From Azolla caroliniana (Eukaryota > Plantae > Polypodiophyta), in the NCBI GenBank assembly GCA_043228905.1, contig JBHGNT010000007.1, forward strand, positions 11,036,001-11,100,000: a stretch of DNA of 64,000 nucleotides, given 5' to 3'. Both the position numbers and the translations under genes were made by a program. Positions 24,032-34,393 of the stretch are shown here, piece after piece (positions within the stretch are counted from its first letter, which is position 1; each line of letters begins with the position of its first letter). The notes below the pieces were generated by a model that did not search any database, was not told where the DNA came from, and was given only the letters and a program-made list of their open reading frames with translations.

Positions 24032-27000
24032 ATGGAAGGCGGCGGTAGTGGGCCTCCGGGTATGATGGTGCTGAATGCGCAGAACTACGCCGACTGGAAG
24101 ATCAAGATGGAAGATCTTCTAATTGTTCGGGACCTGTACGAACCGATTGACAGGTCGGAAATACCGAAGGGAGTACTTGAGTCAGAATGGAAGCTTTTGA
24201 ACCGGAAAGCCGTAGCGACGATCCGGCAATATGTTGATGTAAGTGTCCTGCAACATGTGGCGAACGATACGAACGCCTATGAGATGTGGCGGAGGCTGTC
24301 CGGACTGTATGAGAGGAAGAATGCGCTGAACCGGACCTCCCTGATGAGGAAGATAGTGAATCTTAAGTACCGGGACGGCGAGAGCATGGTCGAACACGTA
24401 AGCACGTTCATGGGATTCGTGAACCAGCTTGCGGCGATCAAGTTCCCGTTGGAGGATGCAATGCAAGCCATCATTCTGATGTGTACATTGCCGGAAAGCT
24501 GGGAGAACTTGGTGGTGACCCTCAGCACCTCCTGCACCGAAGATAACTTGTCTCTACAAACGGTAAAGACAAGTATTTTGAATGAAGAAGCGCGTCGGAG
24601 AGATAAAGAACCGGCCTCCGACACGAAGGCGCTGCTTACCGAATCGGAACGGGGAAGACAATGGAACCGGAGTCCGCAAAGACGGGAGAAGTCGGGGACC
24701 CGGTCGCAGTCAAGAGGAAGGCCCACATGCTTCCACTGTGGGAAGCCGGGGCACTTCCGAAAGAATTGTCGGCATTACCGAAAAGACAACGGAGCCGTCG
24801 ACACCGATTTGAAGAAGTCACCGGAGAGAAACGGTGCATACCGGGGAGCCACGGACCGGAGAGGTTCGGATCGGCGAGGGCAGGACCGGAAAGGAACAAC
24901 GGCACTTGCGGCAAGTGAGGAAGAAATCATGCTCATCACCGAAGAAGGTGAACTAAACGTTGCCGGCGATGAGACGACCTGGGTGGTCGATTCCGGAGCA
25001 TCGTTCCACCTGACCCCGGAGAGAAGATACTTCTCATCCTACACAGCCGGTGAGCATGGCTGTGTCCGGATGGGAAATGAAGGTACGTGCCGGATTGCCG
25101 GCATAGGAGACGTGTGGCTGATGACATCAACCGGATGCAAAATGCTGCTGAAGGATGTCCGACACGTTCCGGAGGTTCGACTGAATCTGATTTCGGCCGG
25201 AAGGCTAGACGATGAAGGCTACACAGGTAGCATCCGGAACGGCGAAATGAAGTTCAGCAAGGGGAGCTTGATAGTGGCTCGGGCCCGGAAGGTCAACACA
25301 CTGTACCTGATGAATTCCCGGCTATGTCCGGAGGAGCTGAACGTGGCAGCCGACACTGCCGGTGAGCTGTGGCACAAGAGACTGTGCCACATGAGTGAGA
25401 AGGGGATGAAGAGGCTTGCAGAAGACAACCTTATTCCAGTGAAGCATGTGCACCTGGAGAAGTGCACCGACTGCCTGGCCGGTAAGCAAAACCGGACCTC
25501 CTTCCACTCAAGGCCACCGACGAGACGTAGTGCACCATTGGAGCTGGTGCACACTGACGTGTGTCAAGTAGAAACGAAGTCACATGGCGGAGCCCAGTAC
25601 TTCGTAACATTCATAGATGATCACAGCCGGAAGCTGTGGACGGCACCGTTGAAGACAAAGGACCAAGTGTTGGGCGTCTTCAAAGAACTCCACGCGAGAG
25701 TGGAAAGGGAATCCGGCAAGAAGCTGAAAGCGATACGAGCGGATAACGGAGGGGAATACCGGGGGCAGTTCCAGGAGTACTGTCGCTCGAAGGGAATCCG
25801 ACTCGAGTTTACTGTGCCGAAGACGCCGGAACTGAACGGGCTAGCCGAGAGGATGAACCGGACCATAATGGAGAGGGTCCGGAGTATGCTGGTGCATGCG
25901 AAATTACCCAAGGGGTTCTGGGCTGAGGCAATGTCGACGGCGACATACGTGATAAACAGATCACCCTCAGTACCTTTGGACGGAGACACGCCGCAAAAAG
26001 TGTGGACCGGTAAGGAAGTGTCCTACCGGCATCTGAAGGTGTTCGGATGTCTCGCATATGTGCATGTGGCAAAGGACCGGAGAGGAAAGCTAGATCCAAA
26101 GACCCGGCCATGCATATTCCTCGGTTACGGCGACGACGAGTTCGGCTACCGAGTATGGGACCCGGTCGACAAGAAGATATTCAGGAGTCGAGATATCATC
26201 TTCATGGAGGACAAGACACTCGCCGACTGGGAGTCGGAGAAGAAGATGAAGAGCTCCAAGTCGACCGGTGAGAATCAACTCTACGAGGAGCAGTCCCGAC
26301 CGGCAAGGGACCGGTTAACACTCGAAGATCCGGCCGAAGACGGTGAAGAAACAGAACCGGCCGAAGAAGATGAAAATGATACCGGAACCGGCCCCGATCC
26401 CGAAATGGATTCGGATGAAGAAGAATCGGAAGAACCGGTTACCGAAGCTCCGGAACGGAGATATCCTCTAAGAGTGAGAAGGGCCCCCCGGAGATTTCCG
26501 GAACCAGAGCACGTGCTACTAACCGACGAGGGGGAGCCGGAGAGCTTTGAAGAAGCAAAGCATGACACCCAGAGCCGCAGGTGGTTGAGTGCCATGCAGG
26601 ACGAGATGGATTCCCTGCATGAGAACCACACATATGAACTTGTGGTGTTGCCGAAAGGAAAGCGGGCACTACGAAACAAGTGGGTGTTCAAGCTGAAACC
26701 GGGAGATGCCGGAAACCCCCCGAGATACAAAGCCAGGATCGTGGTGAAGGGGTTTCAGCAGAAGAAGGGCGTCGACTTCAACGAGATATTTGCCCCGGTA
26801 GTGAAGATGACCTCCATCCGGACGGTGCTGAGCATAGCGGCAAGCATGGACCTCGAGGTAGAACAGATGGACGTGAAGACGGCATTCCTTCACGGTGACC
26901 TCGAAGAAGAGATCTACATGCAGCAACCGGAAGGATTCGAGAAGGAAGGGAAGGAGCACCTGGTATGCCGGTTGAAGAAGAGCCTCTACGGTCTGAAGCA

Positions 27001-28105
27001 GGCTCCCCGGCAATGGTACCGGAAGTTCGACTCCTTCATGACAGACGAAGGGTACCACAAAACGCAGTCCGATCACTGCGTGTTTGTGAAGAAGTTCGAA
27101 GGAGGAGACTTTCTAATACTCCTCCTGTACGTGGACGACATGTTGATCGTCGGACGGGACCAGGTCAAGATACGGATGCTGAAGAAGGCTCTTCACCGAA
27201 CCTTCTCAATGAAGGACCTGGGTCCGGCGAGGCAAATACTAGGGATGCACATCATCCGGGACCGGAAGAAGAAGCAGTTGTGGCTGTCACAGGAGAAGTA
27301 CGTGACAAAGGTACTTCACCGGTTCAACATGTCGGAAGCAAGGCCGGTCGGATCAACCCTCCCGGCAAACTGCAAGTTGTCCAGCAAGCAAAGCCCCAGG
27401 ACAAAGGCTGAGAAAGAGGACATGATGAAAGTACCATATGCCTCTGCCGTCGGAAGCTTGATGTACGCAATGGTGTGTACAAGACCAGACATAGGATACG
27501 CAGTCGGAGTGGTGAGCAGGTACATGAGCAATCCCGGCAAAGAGCACTGGAGCGCGGTCAAGTGGATACTCCGATACCTGAAGGGCACGGCAAACGTGTG
27601 CCTCCGATTCGGCTCCGGTAAGCCCGAACTCGACGGATTCACCGATTCGGATATGTCGGCTGATGCAGATACCAGCCGGTCCACATCAGGGTATGTGATG
27701 ACGTATGCAGGGGGAGCTGTTTCATGGCAGTCGAGGCTGCAGAAGACGGTTGCGTTGTCAACCACGGAGGCGGAGTACATGGCGGCTGTTGAAGCCGGCA
27801 AGGAAATAATATGGATGAAGGACTTCATTAGAGAGCTCGGTATCCGGCAGGAGGAGTACCGACTCTACTGCGACAGTCAGAGTGCCATCCACCTTGCGAA
27901 GAACGCGGCCTATCACTCCCGGACGAAGCACATCCAGCGAAGATATCACTGGATCCGGGAAAGGATAGAAGACCAGGAGTTCGTGCTGACGAAGATCCAC
28001 ACGGACGAGAACGGGTCAGATATGCTGACCAAAGTGCTCACACCCGACAAGCTAGAAGCGTGCCGGAAGAGGGTCGGACTGGAAAGACATCCCATGCCGA
28101 AGTGA
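24032..28105 (+). CDS. Copia A Gag-Pol polyprotein, 1357 aa, uninterrupted
   Basis: [14 protein letters not shown] knuckle, WVVDSGAS protease, HHCC and D,D(35)E integrase, LYVDDML RT, FTDSDMSAD and TKHIQRRYHWIRE RNase H. Confidence 0.96.
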   Translation: MEGGGSGPPGMMVLNAQNYADWKIKMEDLLIVRDLYEPIDRSEIPKGVLESEWKLLNRKAVATIRQYVDVSVLQHVANDTNAYEMWRRLSGLYERKNALNRTSLMRKIVNLKYRDGESMVEHVSTFMGFVNQLAAIKFPLEDAMQAIILMCTLPESWENLVVTLSTSCTEDNLSLQTVKTSILNEEARRRDKEPASDTKALLTESERGRQWNRSPQRREKSGTRSQSRGRPTCFHCGKPGHFRKNCRHYRKDNGAVDTDLKKSPERNGAYRGATDRRGSDRRGQDRKGTTALAASEEEIMLITEEGELNVAGDETTWVVDSGASFHLTPERRYFSSYTAGEHGCVRMGNEGTCRIAGIGDVWLMTSTGCKMLLKDVRHVPEVRLNLISAGRLDDEGYTGSIRNGEMKFSKGSLIVARARKVNTLYLMNSRLCPEELNVAADTAGELWHKRLCHMSEKGMKRLAEDNLIPVKHVHLEKCTDCLAGKQNRTSFHSRPPTRRSAPLELVHTDVCQVETKSHGGAQYFVTFIDDHSRKLWTAPLKTKDQVLGVFKELHARVERESGKKLKAIRADNGGEYRGQFQEYCRSKGIRLEFTVPKTPELNGLAERMNRTIMERVRSMLVHAKLPKGFWAEAMSTATYVINRSPSVPLDGDTPQKVWTGKEVSYRHLKVFGCLAYVHVAKDRRGKLDPKTRPCIFLGYGDDEFGYRVWDPVDKKIFRSRDIIFMEDKTLADWESEKKMKSSKSTGENQLYEEQSRPARDRLTLEDPAEDGEETEPAEEDENDTGTGPDPEMDSDEEESEEPVTEAPERRYPLRVRRAPRRFPEPEHVLLTDEGEPESFEEAKHDTQSRRWLSAMQDEMDSLHENHTYELVVLPKGKRALRNKWVFKLKPGDAGNPPRYKARIVVKGFQQKKGVDFNEIFAPVVKMTSIRTVLSIAASMDLEVEQMDVKTAFLHGDLEEEIYMQQPEGFEKEGKEHLVCRLKKSLYGLKQAPRQWYRKFDSFMTDEGYHKTQSDHCVFVKKFEGGDFLILLLYVDDMLIVGRDQVKIRMLKKALHRTFSMKDLGPARQILGMHIIRDRKKKQLWLSQEKYVTKVLHRFNMSEARPVGSTLPANCKLSSKQSPRTKAEKEDMMKVPYASAVGSLMYAMVCTRPDIGYAVGVVSRYMSNPGKEHWSAVKWILRYLKGTANVCLRFGSGKPELDGFTDSDMSADADTSRSTSGYVMTYAGGAVSWQSRLQKTVALSTTEAEYMAAVEAGKEIIWMKDFIRELGIRQEEYRLYCDSQSAIHLAKNAAYHSRTKHIQRRYHWIRERIEDQEFVLTKIHTDENGSDMLTKVLTPDKLEACRKRVGLERHPMPK

Positions 28106-31100
28106 AGGGGGAGTTTGTTGGGATTTACGGTCCCTCCGGATGGGATGTCCGGAGATGGATGACGGCAAGCCCGGTTGCGGTTACGGAACCGGAGGATGAA
28201 GAGTACCCGGCTACGGAACCGGATGACGAAGACCCGGCTACGGAACCGGATGACGAAGACCCGGCTACGGAGCCGGATGATGAAGACCCCGGTTACGGAG
28301 CCAGATGATGAAGATCCCGGCTACGGAGCCGGATGATGAAGATCCCGGCTACGGAGCCGGATGATGAAGATCCCGGCTACGGAGCCGGATGATGAAGATC
28401 CCGGTTACGGAGCCGGATGATGAAGACCCCGGTTACGGAGCCGGATGACGAATGTACCCGGAGAGAGAGATCCGGATGCGGGGACATATTTGTGAATATG
28501 TTTGCCAAGGGCCCTTGAGGCTATATTTGTAAATAGCCCGAAAGTCATATGTGTATAAATATGACTTAGGGCAAACTGTTTATTGTGCTGTAAGTTGTTG
28601 CTCATTTTCTGTTCTCACTTAGAGAGAGTGAAGAGAGCCTCCGAGAGAGAGAGAGAGAGAAAGACGAAGAGGTCGTTGCCTCTGTGTAATACCGCCGCCT
28701 GTGGCGAGGACAGCGAGCTCAAGGTCGTTGCCTTGCAGCTCGCCATTGTATATTTCTCTGTGCATAGTTTTGGTTTGGAGTCTTGCACTCCCGTGGTTTT
28801 TTCCCGTATAGGGTTTTCCACGTTAATCCCTGTGTCATCGTGTCTCTCTCAGTGTTTCCTATTTTCTGCTGCATTGATTCGCGACTACTCGGTTGTGGCC
28901 GAGTGGTGAAGGTTAATCGGAGCATCGATTCGCAACATAGTCTAATGGTCAAGAGCTCGACCCATGTAGTATAAGGTCATGGGTTCAAGTCTTGGCATAT
29001 CATGACAGTATTCGGCCTCTGTGCTCGAAAGAGCGACGATAGGTTGTTTCTTGCTACTCCAGGACATGGCTCCACTTCCGAGGGAGAAGATGAAACTAGA
29101 GGTTGATCGTCAGTTGGCTTTGTAGCCTACCCAGTCGGCATCTGTGTACCCCTCGAGTTGAATTGGCATGGCTAACTTATAGAGAATGCCATAGTCCATT
29201 GTTCCGCTCACGTATCGTAGCACTCTCTTAGCACAATCCAAATGGATATCTCGTAGCGTTTGCATGAACTGGCTAAGAAGGCCAACCAGATAGCTCAGGT
29301 CACAGGTCGAGTGATCATGAGGTAGATAAGACTACCGATCAGTTGTCAATATGAGTCGGCTCACACTCTGTGGTGCGGGAATTGGCATCTAGTTTGAAGT
29401 TTTGGTCGAGCGTTGCTACAGACTTGCACTCAGTCATCCCAAACTTGTATATCAAGTTGAGAATGTAGTGCCATTGGGAGATCATAATCCCGACTGGAGT
29501 CCGAATTACCTCGATGCCAATGAAGTAGTGGAGCTCTTTCATGTCCATCATCTCGAATTTGTTGGAAAGGAGGGATTTGACCTTGTTGATGTTGACTAGA
29601 TGCTCACCTCCAATGACCAAATCATCCACGTATAGGATGATGATGATCAAACTTTCGGAATTGCTTCTTACATAGAGAGAATTGTCGGATTTTGACATTC
29701 GGAAGTTGATTCGATGAAGATATTGTGTTATCTTCGAGTGCCAAGCACGTGGTGCTTGCTTAAGGCCGTAGAGAGGCTTCTTGAGTCGGCAAATGGCTTT
29801 CGGATGAATGTTGGATTTAAAGCCGGGTGGTTGTATCATGTACACCTCCTCTTCTAATTCGCCTTAAAGAAAAGCGTTCTTGACATCCATCTGGTGGAGG
29901 TGCGATCCTTTCACTGCTGCAAGCGCTATCATGGCTCACACAGTTGTCATCTTTGCCACCGGGGCAAAGGTCTCTTCATAGTCAACGCCCTATGTTTGTG
30001 CGTAGCCCTTTGCTACGAGTCGAGCTTTGTAGCGGTTGACGGAACCGTCGGCATTATACTTCACTTTGTATATCCATTTGCAGCCAATCGCCTTCTTGTG
30101 CGGTGAGTGAGGGACGAGATCCCATGTCTCATTCTTGCTGAGAGCTTGCGTCTCCTTGTTCATCGCTTTGACCCATCGCGGATCTTTAGCGGCTTCGGCA
30201 AAGCTCTTTGGTTCTCGAAATGTTGCCACCTTCATCATAAAGGCATAGTGGTATGCCATATAATCGTTGTAGCTGAATCAGCTAACCGAATTCTTCTCTC
30301 GGGTGGAGTGATGGAGTTTCTCATTTGCTGATGTGAGTGCTTTCTCAACTCTGGGTGACTTCATAAGAGGCACATCAAAGCCATCGAACTCACTATTGAG
30401 TGAATGAGTCGATTTGTTGTTGTCGAAGTATTCGTCTTCATATTTCGGCATTTTGGCCTTCCCTTTGTCCATCTTTGGACTTGGCCGAGATAAGCTTTGG
30501 TTGCTCAGAGGCTCTTGTGGTTCGCTCAATCTGGTTGAGATTGGACTCTCTTCGAGTATTGACCTTAGTTGATCATCGTCTTCTGTGTTGTCGAGGTCGT
30601 TCGTAGATGGTTCGGGAGGAGTCGGCTCGGGTTTGTACCATGATATCGATTCATCAAAGACGACATCCCGACTTACACAAGTCTTCCAAGTAGAGGGGTT
30701 GAAGCACTTGTACCCCTTTTGCTCGAGTGAGTACCCCACGAGGATGCACTTCTCTGATTTTGGGTCAAGCTTCTGCCGCTTCTCATCAGGAATGTGCACG
30801 TATGCAATGGAGCCGAATATCCCTACATGGGATAGATCCAGCTTCTTCTCATAGTATTTCTCGTGTGGGGTGACCTCGTGCACTCCGGATGTTGTGCACC
30901 GGTTCATGAGGTAGACGACGATATTTGTAGCTTCTGCCCAATATGACTTGGGCATATGCTTCTCATTTAGCATGGCCCTTGCTACTTTGAGGATGTGCCT
31001 ATTCTTGCGTTTGGCTACACCTTCTGTTGCGGTGTGTGTCGGCAAGTGAATTCTCGCCAAATTCCTTCTTGTCGAAGGTATGCCGTGAACGCATCGGAGA

Positions 31101-31115
31101 AGTATTCCTTCGTTT

Positions 31116-31604
31116 GACTGAAGACATCGTACATGATGCCCAGTTGTCTTTTCGACTTCGCTTTTGAATTTTTGGAAATGTGTAAACACTTCGCTCTTCA
31201 TCCTCATGAGAAAGATCCATGTGTATCTAGAGAAGTCGTCGATAAAGGTAACATAGTACTGACATCCTCCGAACGTAGTCGTTTGTGCCGGTCCCTACAC
31301 ATCCGCGTGGACTACGTCCAATAGGCCTTTGCTCACGTTCCTCTCCTTCGGGAATGGGTGACCGAAGACATCGTACATGACGCCTAGTTGTCTTTTCGAC
31401 TTCGCTTTTGAAATTTTGGAAGTGTGTAAACACTTTGCTCTTCATCCTCATGGGAAAGATCCATGTGTATCTAGAGAAGTCGTCGATAAAGGTAACATAG
31501 TACTGACATCCTCTGAACGTAGCCGTTTGTGCCGGTCCTCACACATCCGCGTGGACTACGTCCAATAGGCCTTTGCTCACGTTCCTCTCCTTTGGGAATG
31601 GGTG
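31116..31604. repeat. 244-bp tandem duplication inside Copia C integrase
   Basis: 31116-31359 and 31360-31604 are near-identical; MRMKS.VFTHFQ.FKSEVEKTT appears twice in the ORF track. Confidence 0.9.
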
Positions 31605-33794
31605 CCGATGTTGCTTGCTAAATTGGCATGCTTCACATACTCCTTCAATCTCTTTCTCTTTGAAGGTCGGGAGCCCGATGATGACTCCTTTCGATTGCAT
31701 CACCTTGAGTTTGTTGAGATTGATATGGCCGATTCTTTTATGCCATAGCTCTATGTCGGTGTTGAATTTGAGGCCCTTTGCAAACATGGCCGATTTTACG
31801 TCGTTCACTTCGAGGATAAACATTCGGCCTTCCCTTCGACCACGAGCAATTAGTCGGCCTTCCTTCTCGATGAAGCAACCTCCTTGGTTAAATCGAACTT
31901 GCATCCCTTGCTCCACAATTTGGCTGACCGAGACCAAATTCTTCGTTATGGTGGGTACATGTAAGACATTTTTTATGCAAGTTTGTTCACCTTCTTTCCC
32001 AAATGGGACATTGCCGACATGCCAAATCGGATGAGTGGTGTCATCTCCGGTCTCTACATAACCGGGTCGATCCGGCTCTCAAAGGTCTTTGAACCATTCT
32101 TGATGGGACGCCATATGGTTCGAAGCACCGGAGTCGATGAACCATACATCTTCTGGATTGGAGGCATTAGTCGAAGTAGAGGCCGACATAGAATTTGCTC
32201 TATGTCTCATTACAAACATTCCGCCATGATCTTCATAGTCGGAGTTGATGGCGTAATTGGTGAGTTGTTAGCTTGTGGAAGCCGAATCATGCTTCTTCTT
32301 TCGACACTCTTCTTTATGGTGGCCAATTTTTCCACAATAACCACATTCGATCGAGGTTTGTTGGCTTGGACCGGAATGGAAGCTCCCCCTTCTTCCGAAG
32401 GTTCCTCGATGGCTTCCGTCTTGATGCCGAAATTGTGAGTTGTTTTCATAAGTCGGGCCTCGTCCGCCTCGTCCTTGGCCGAATTAGCCTCTTCTTGCAC
32501 GACTGCGTCCTCTTCCTCCGTCCGAATGCGTGTAGAGCATGTGGCCTTCTGAGGCGTTGCTCCTTGTTCGAACATGATTTTCTTTGACCAACAACATGGA
32601 TTGAAGATCGAAGAAGGAGGGCGGATTCTCTCGTGCTAGTACGATGGTCCGCATCACGCCGAACTGTGGTGCAAGGCCGCGGAGGCATATTTGCACCATT
32701 TCATCATCCTCCACATTGATGCTTATCGAGCCGAGTGCATCACAAAGCTCCTTGATCTTCAAGGTGTAGCTTGTGATGGACATATCCCGTTGTTGGATGT
32801 TGTTCAACTCTTGGCGGAGTTGAAGCTTCCTCGCGGTCATGTTGGCGGCAAAAATCTTTCGTAGATTCTCCCATGCTCCCTTTGGCGTCATGGCTTCTCA
32901 AATGTAGTCAAGCATGTGATCATGAACACATGTCGCCAAGCAATACATTACTCGACTCGCCGCTTGCTCCAATGTTGAATAGTCGGTGTCTTCCGGTGTC
33001 GTGTTGTTACGTTCTTGCATAGGAAACTAAGGTGGGACCACATGGGCCCTAAACTGAGGAATACCCGAAACAGAGGGAGGAGCAAGGTGAAACAATGGGC
33101 CGACAAGTACCGGCTACCGACAAGTAGGTACGTTGTGCTCACCGGGTGAGCGATCCTCGATTTGTGCTTGCCGGCTCAATGACTACCGCGGCAACATACG
33201 AAGAATGAACAATAACTCACGCTCGTCTAATTTCGTGCCAACAATAGGCTGAGACACACACACACAAATACGTAGAGGACCCACAAACAAGGAATCAATT
33301 AAGACAACTAGGCGAATACAAAGCTTTCAAGATTACAACCGGCAAGCTAGTGAGCGACCACGCGCAAACATGCACACACGCACAGAGCACGCAGTGGAGC
33401 CTTTGCCAAAGCGCACGGGCTTCTCCCTCGAGCAGAGGCAACCGACCAAAACCTGCAGAGCTCAACGAAGAAAAGCGAGAAGAGTGTTGGTTCCCAGTCC
33501 GACAACACTTCGTCCTCCCAAAACGCGATAGATGTTTCAGCCATCTCCCCTTTTCTTTTGTAGGCCGCCGAGGAGGGCCGTTACATCCTGAATACATCGT
33601 CTTTATTCTCTATCCCTTCAGATAGAGATACGCATCGATTTCCTAGCTAATAAATGTGTACTACCTAGTATATTTACATAAGCCGACCTATTCTTAATTA
33701 TGTACATCTTATCAAGACTTGTGCCCGCGCGTAAGGGTCGGTTCATGTGCCTTATTCATCGATTCCTCCTAATGCCGGTTTTCTTCACGACATC

Positions 33795-34354
33795 TGATAG
33801 GAATACGCTTCTCTAAGCTATGCTCGGCCACAACCGGGACGTCGGATCAATCACAGAGGATGTGGAGAGATGTATCTACACACGAAATAGTAGAGAAGAG
33901 AGTGCACTGGATGTTAACGTGGAAAACCCAAATATAGGAAAAACCACGACAACCCTTAGACTGCAAAATATCACTATATCAAGATTACAACAATGGGGCA
34001 CAGAGACAACGACCTCTTGCTCCCTCGCTTCGCCACCAGGCGGTTACAACGGAGGCAACAACCTGTCATGATATGGCAAGACTCGAACCCATGACCTTAT
34101 GCTACATGGGTCGAGCTCTTGACCATTAGACCATACATTGTAATACGTAGAATATTATTTTCATTTATATTTTATTATAGAAAATTGATGTATATTCCAG
34201 ATTTCTCTGGAACATTCTAGAAACTTCAGGAGTATTCCTCAGAACACTATAAAAGGAGGCACGAGGCATTATTTCGAACCAAATCGGTTCAACGCCAGTC
34301 TTAAGCCTCCTAGCTACTACTGTACATTCTCTTCACATAATATATATATTTTCT

Positions 34355-34393
<39 letters not shown>

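Larger units (their letters stand above)
23207..28937 (+). mobile_element. Copia A, intact Ty1/Copia
   Basis: LTRs 23207-24001 and 28116-28937 (TGTTG...CAACA), TSD TAGTC, PBS TGGTATCAGAGC at 24004 (tRNA-iMet), PPT GAAGGGGGAG at 28104-28113. Confidence 0.97.
17553..29007 (-). mobile_element. Ty3/Gypsy chromovirus (Tcn1/Tf1-like), copy 1, full length
   Basis: 3' LTR 17553-18046; 5' LTR 22848-23206 plus 28938-29007 (split by Copia A); TGTCA...TGACA termini; TSD GTATT; PPT AAAGGGGGGATAG; order gag-PR-RT-RH-IN-chromodomain. Confidence 0.95.
16690..32996 (-). mobile_element. Copia C, degenerate Ty1/Copia (3' LTR 16690-17099; host of the Gypsy insertion 17553-29007; gag cut at 32996 by Gypsy F)
   Basis: PPT GAGGGGGTG followed by a TGTTGA...TTTACA LTR; RNase H (TKHIEVRYHFIRE), RT ([17 protein letters not shown]), integrase, GAG-pre-integrase (LWHKRIGH) and gag (TARKLQLRQEL) fragments with many lesions. 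Confidence 0.9.

Noticed and set aside
24182-28000. Antisense and alternative-frame ORFs over Copia pol regions (also 41174-45179)
   Set aside because: Shadow ORFs expected in GC-rich coding DNA; no recognisable domains
32997-33792. Solo LTR with decayed TSD TCCGG/TCTGA
   Set aside because: Removing solo LTR E (TSD ACATC) joins this LTR to a PPT and integrase, so it is the 3' LTR of Gypsy F
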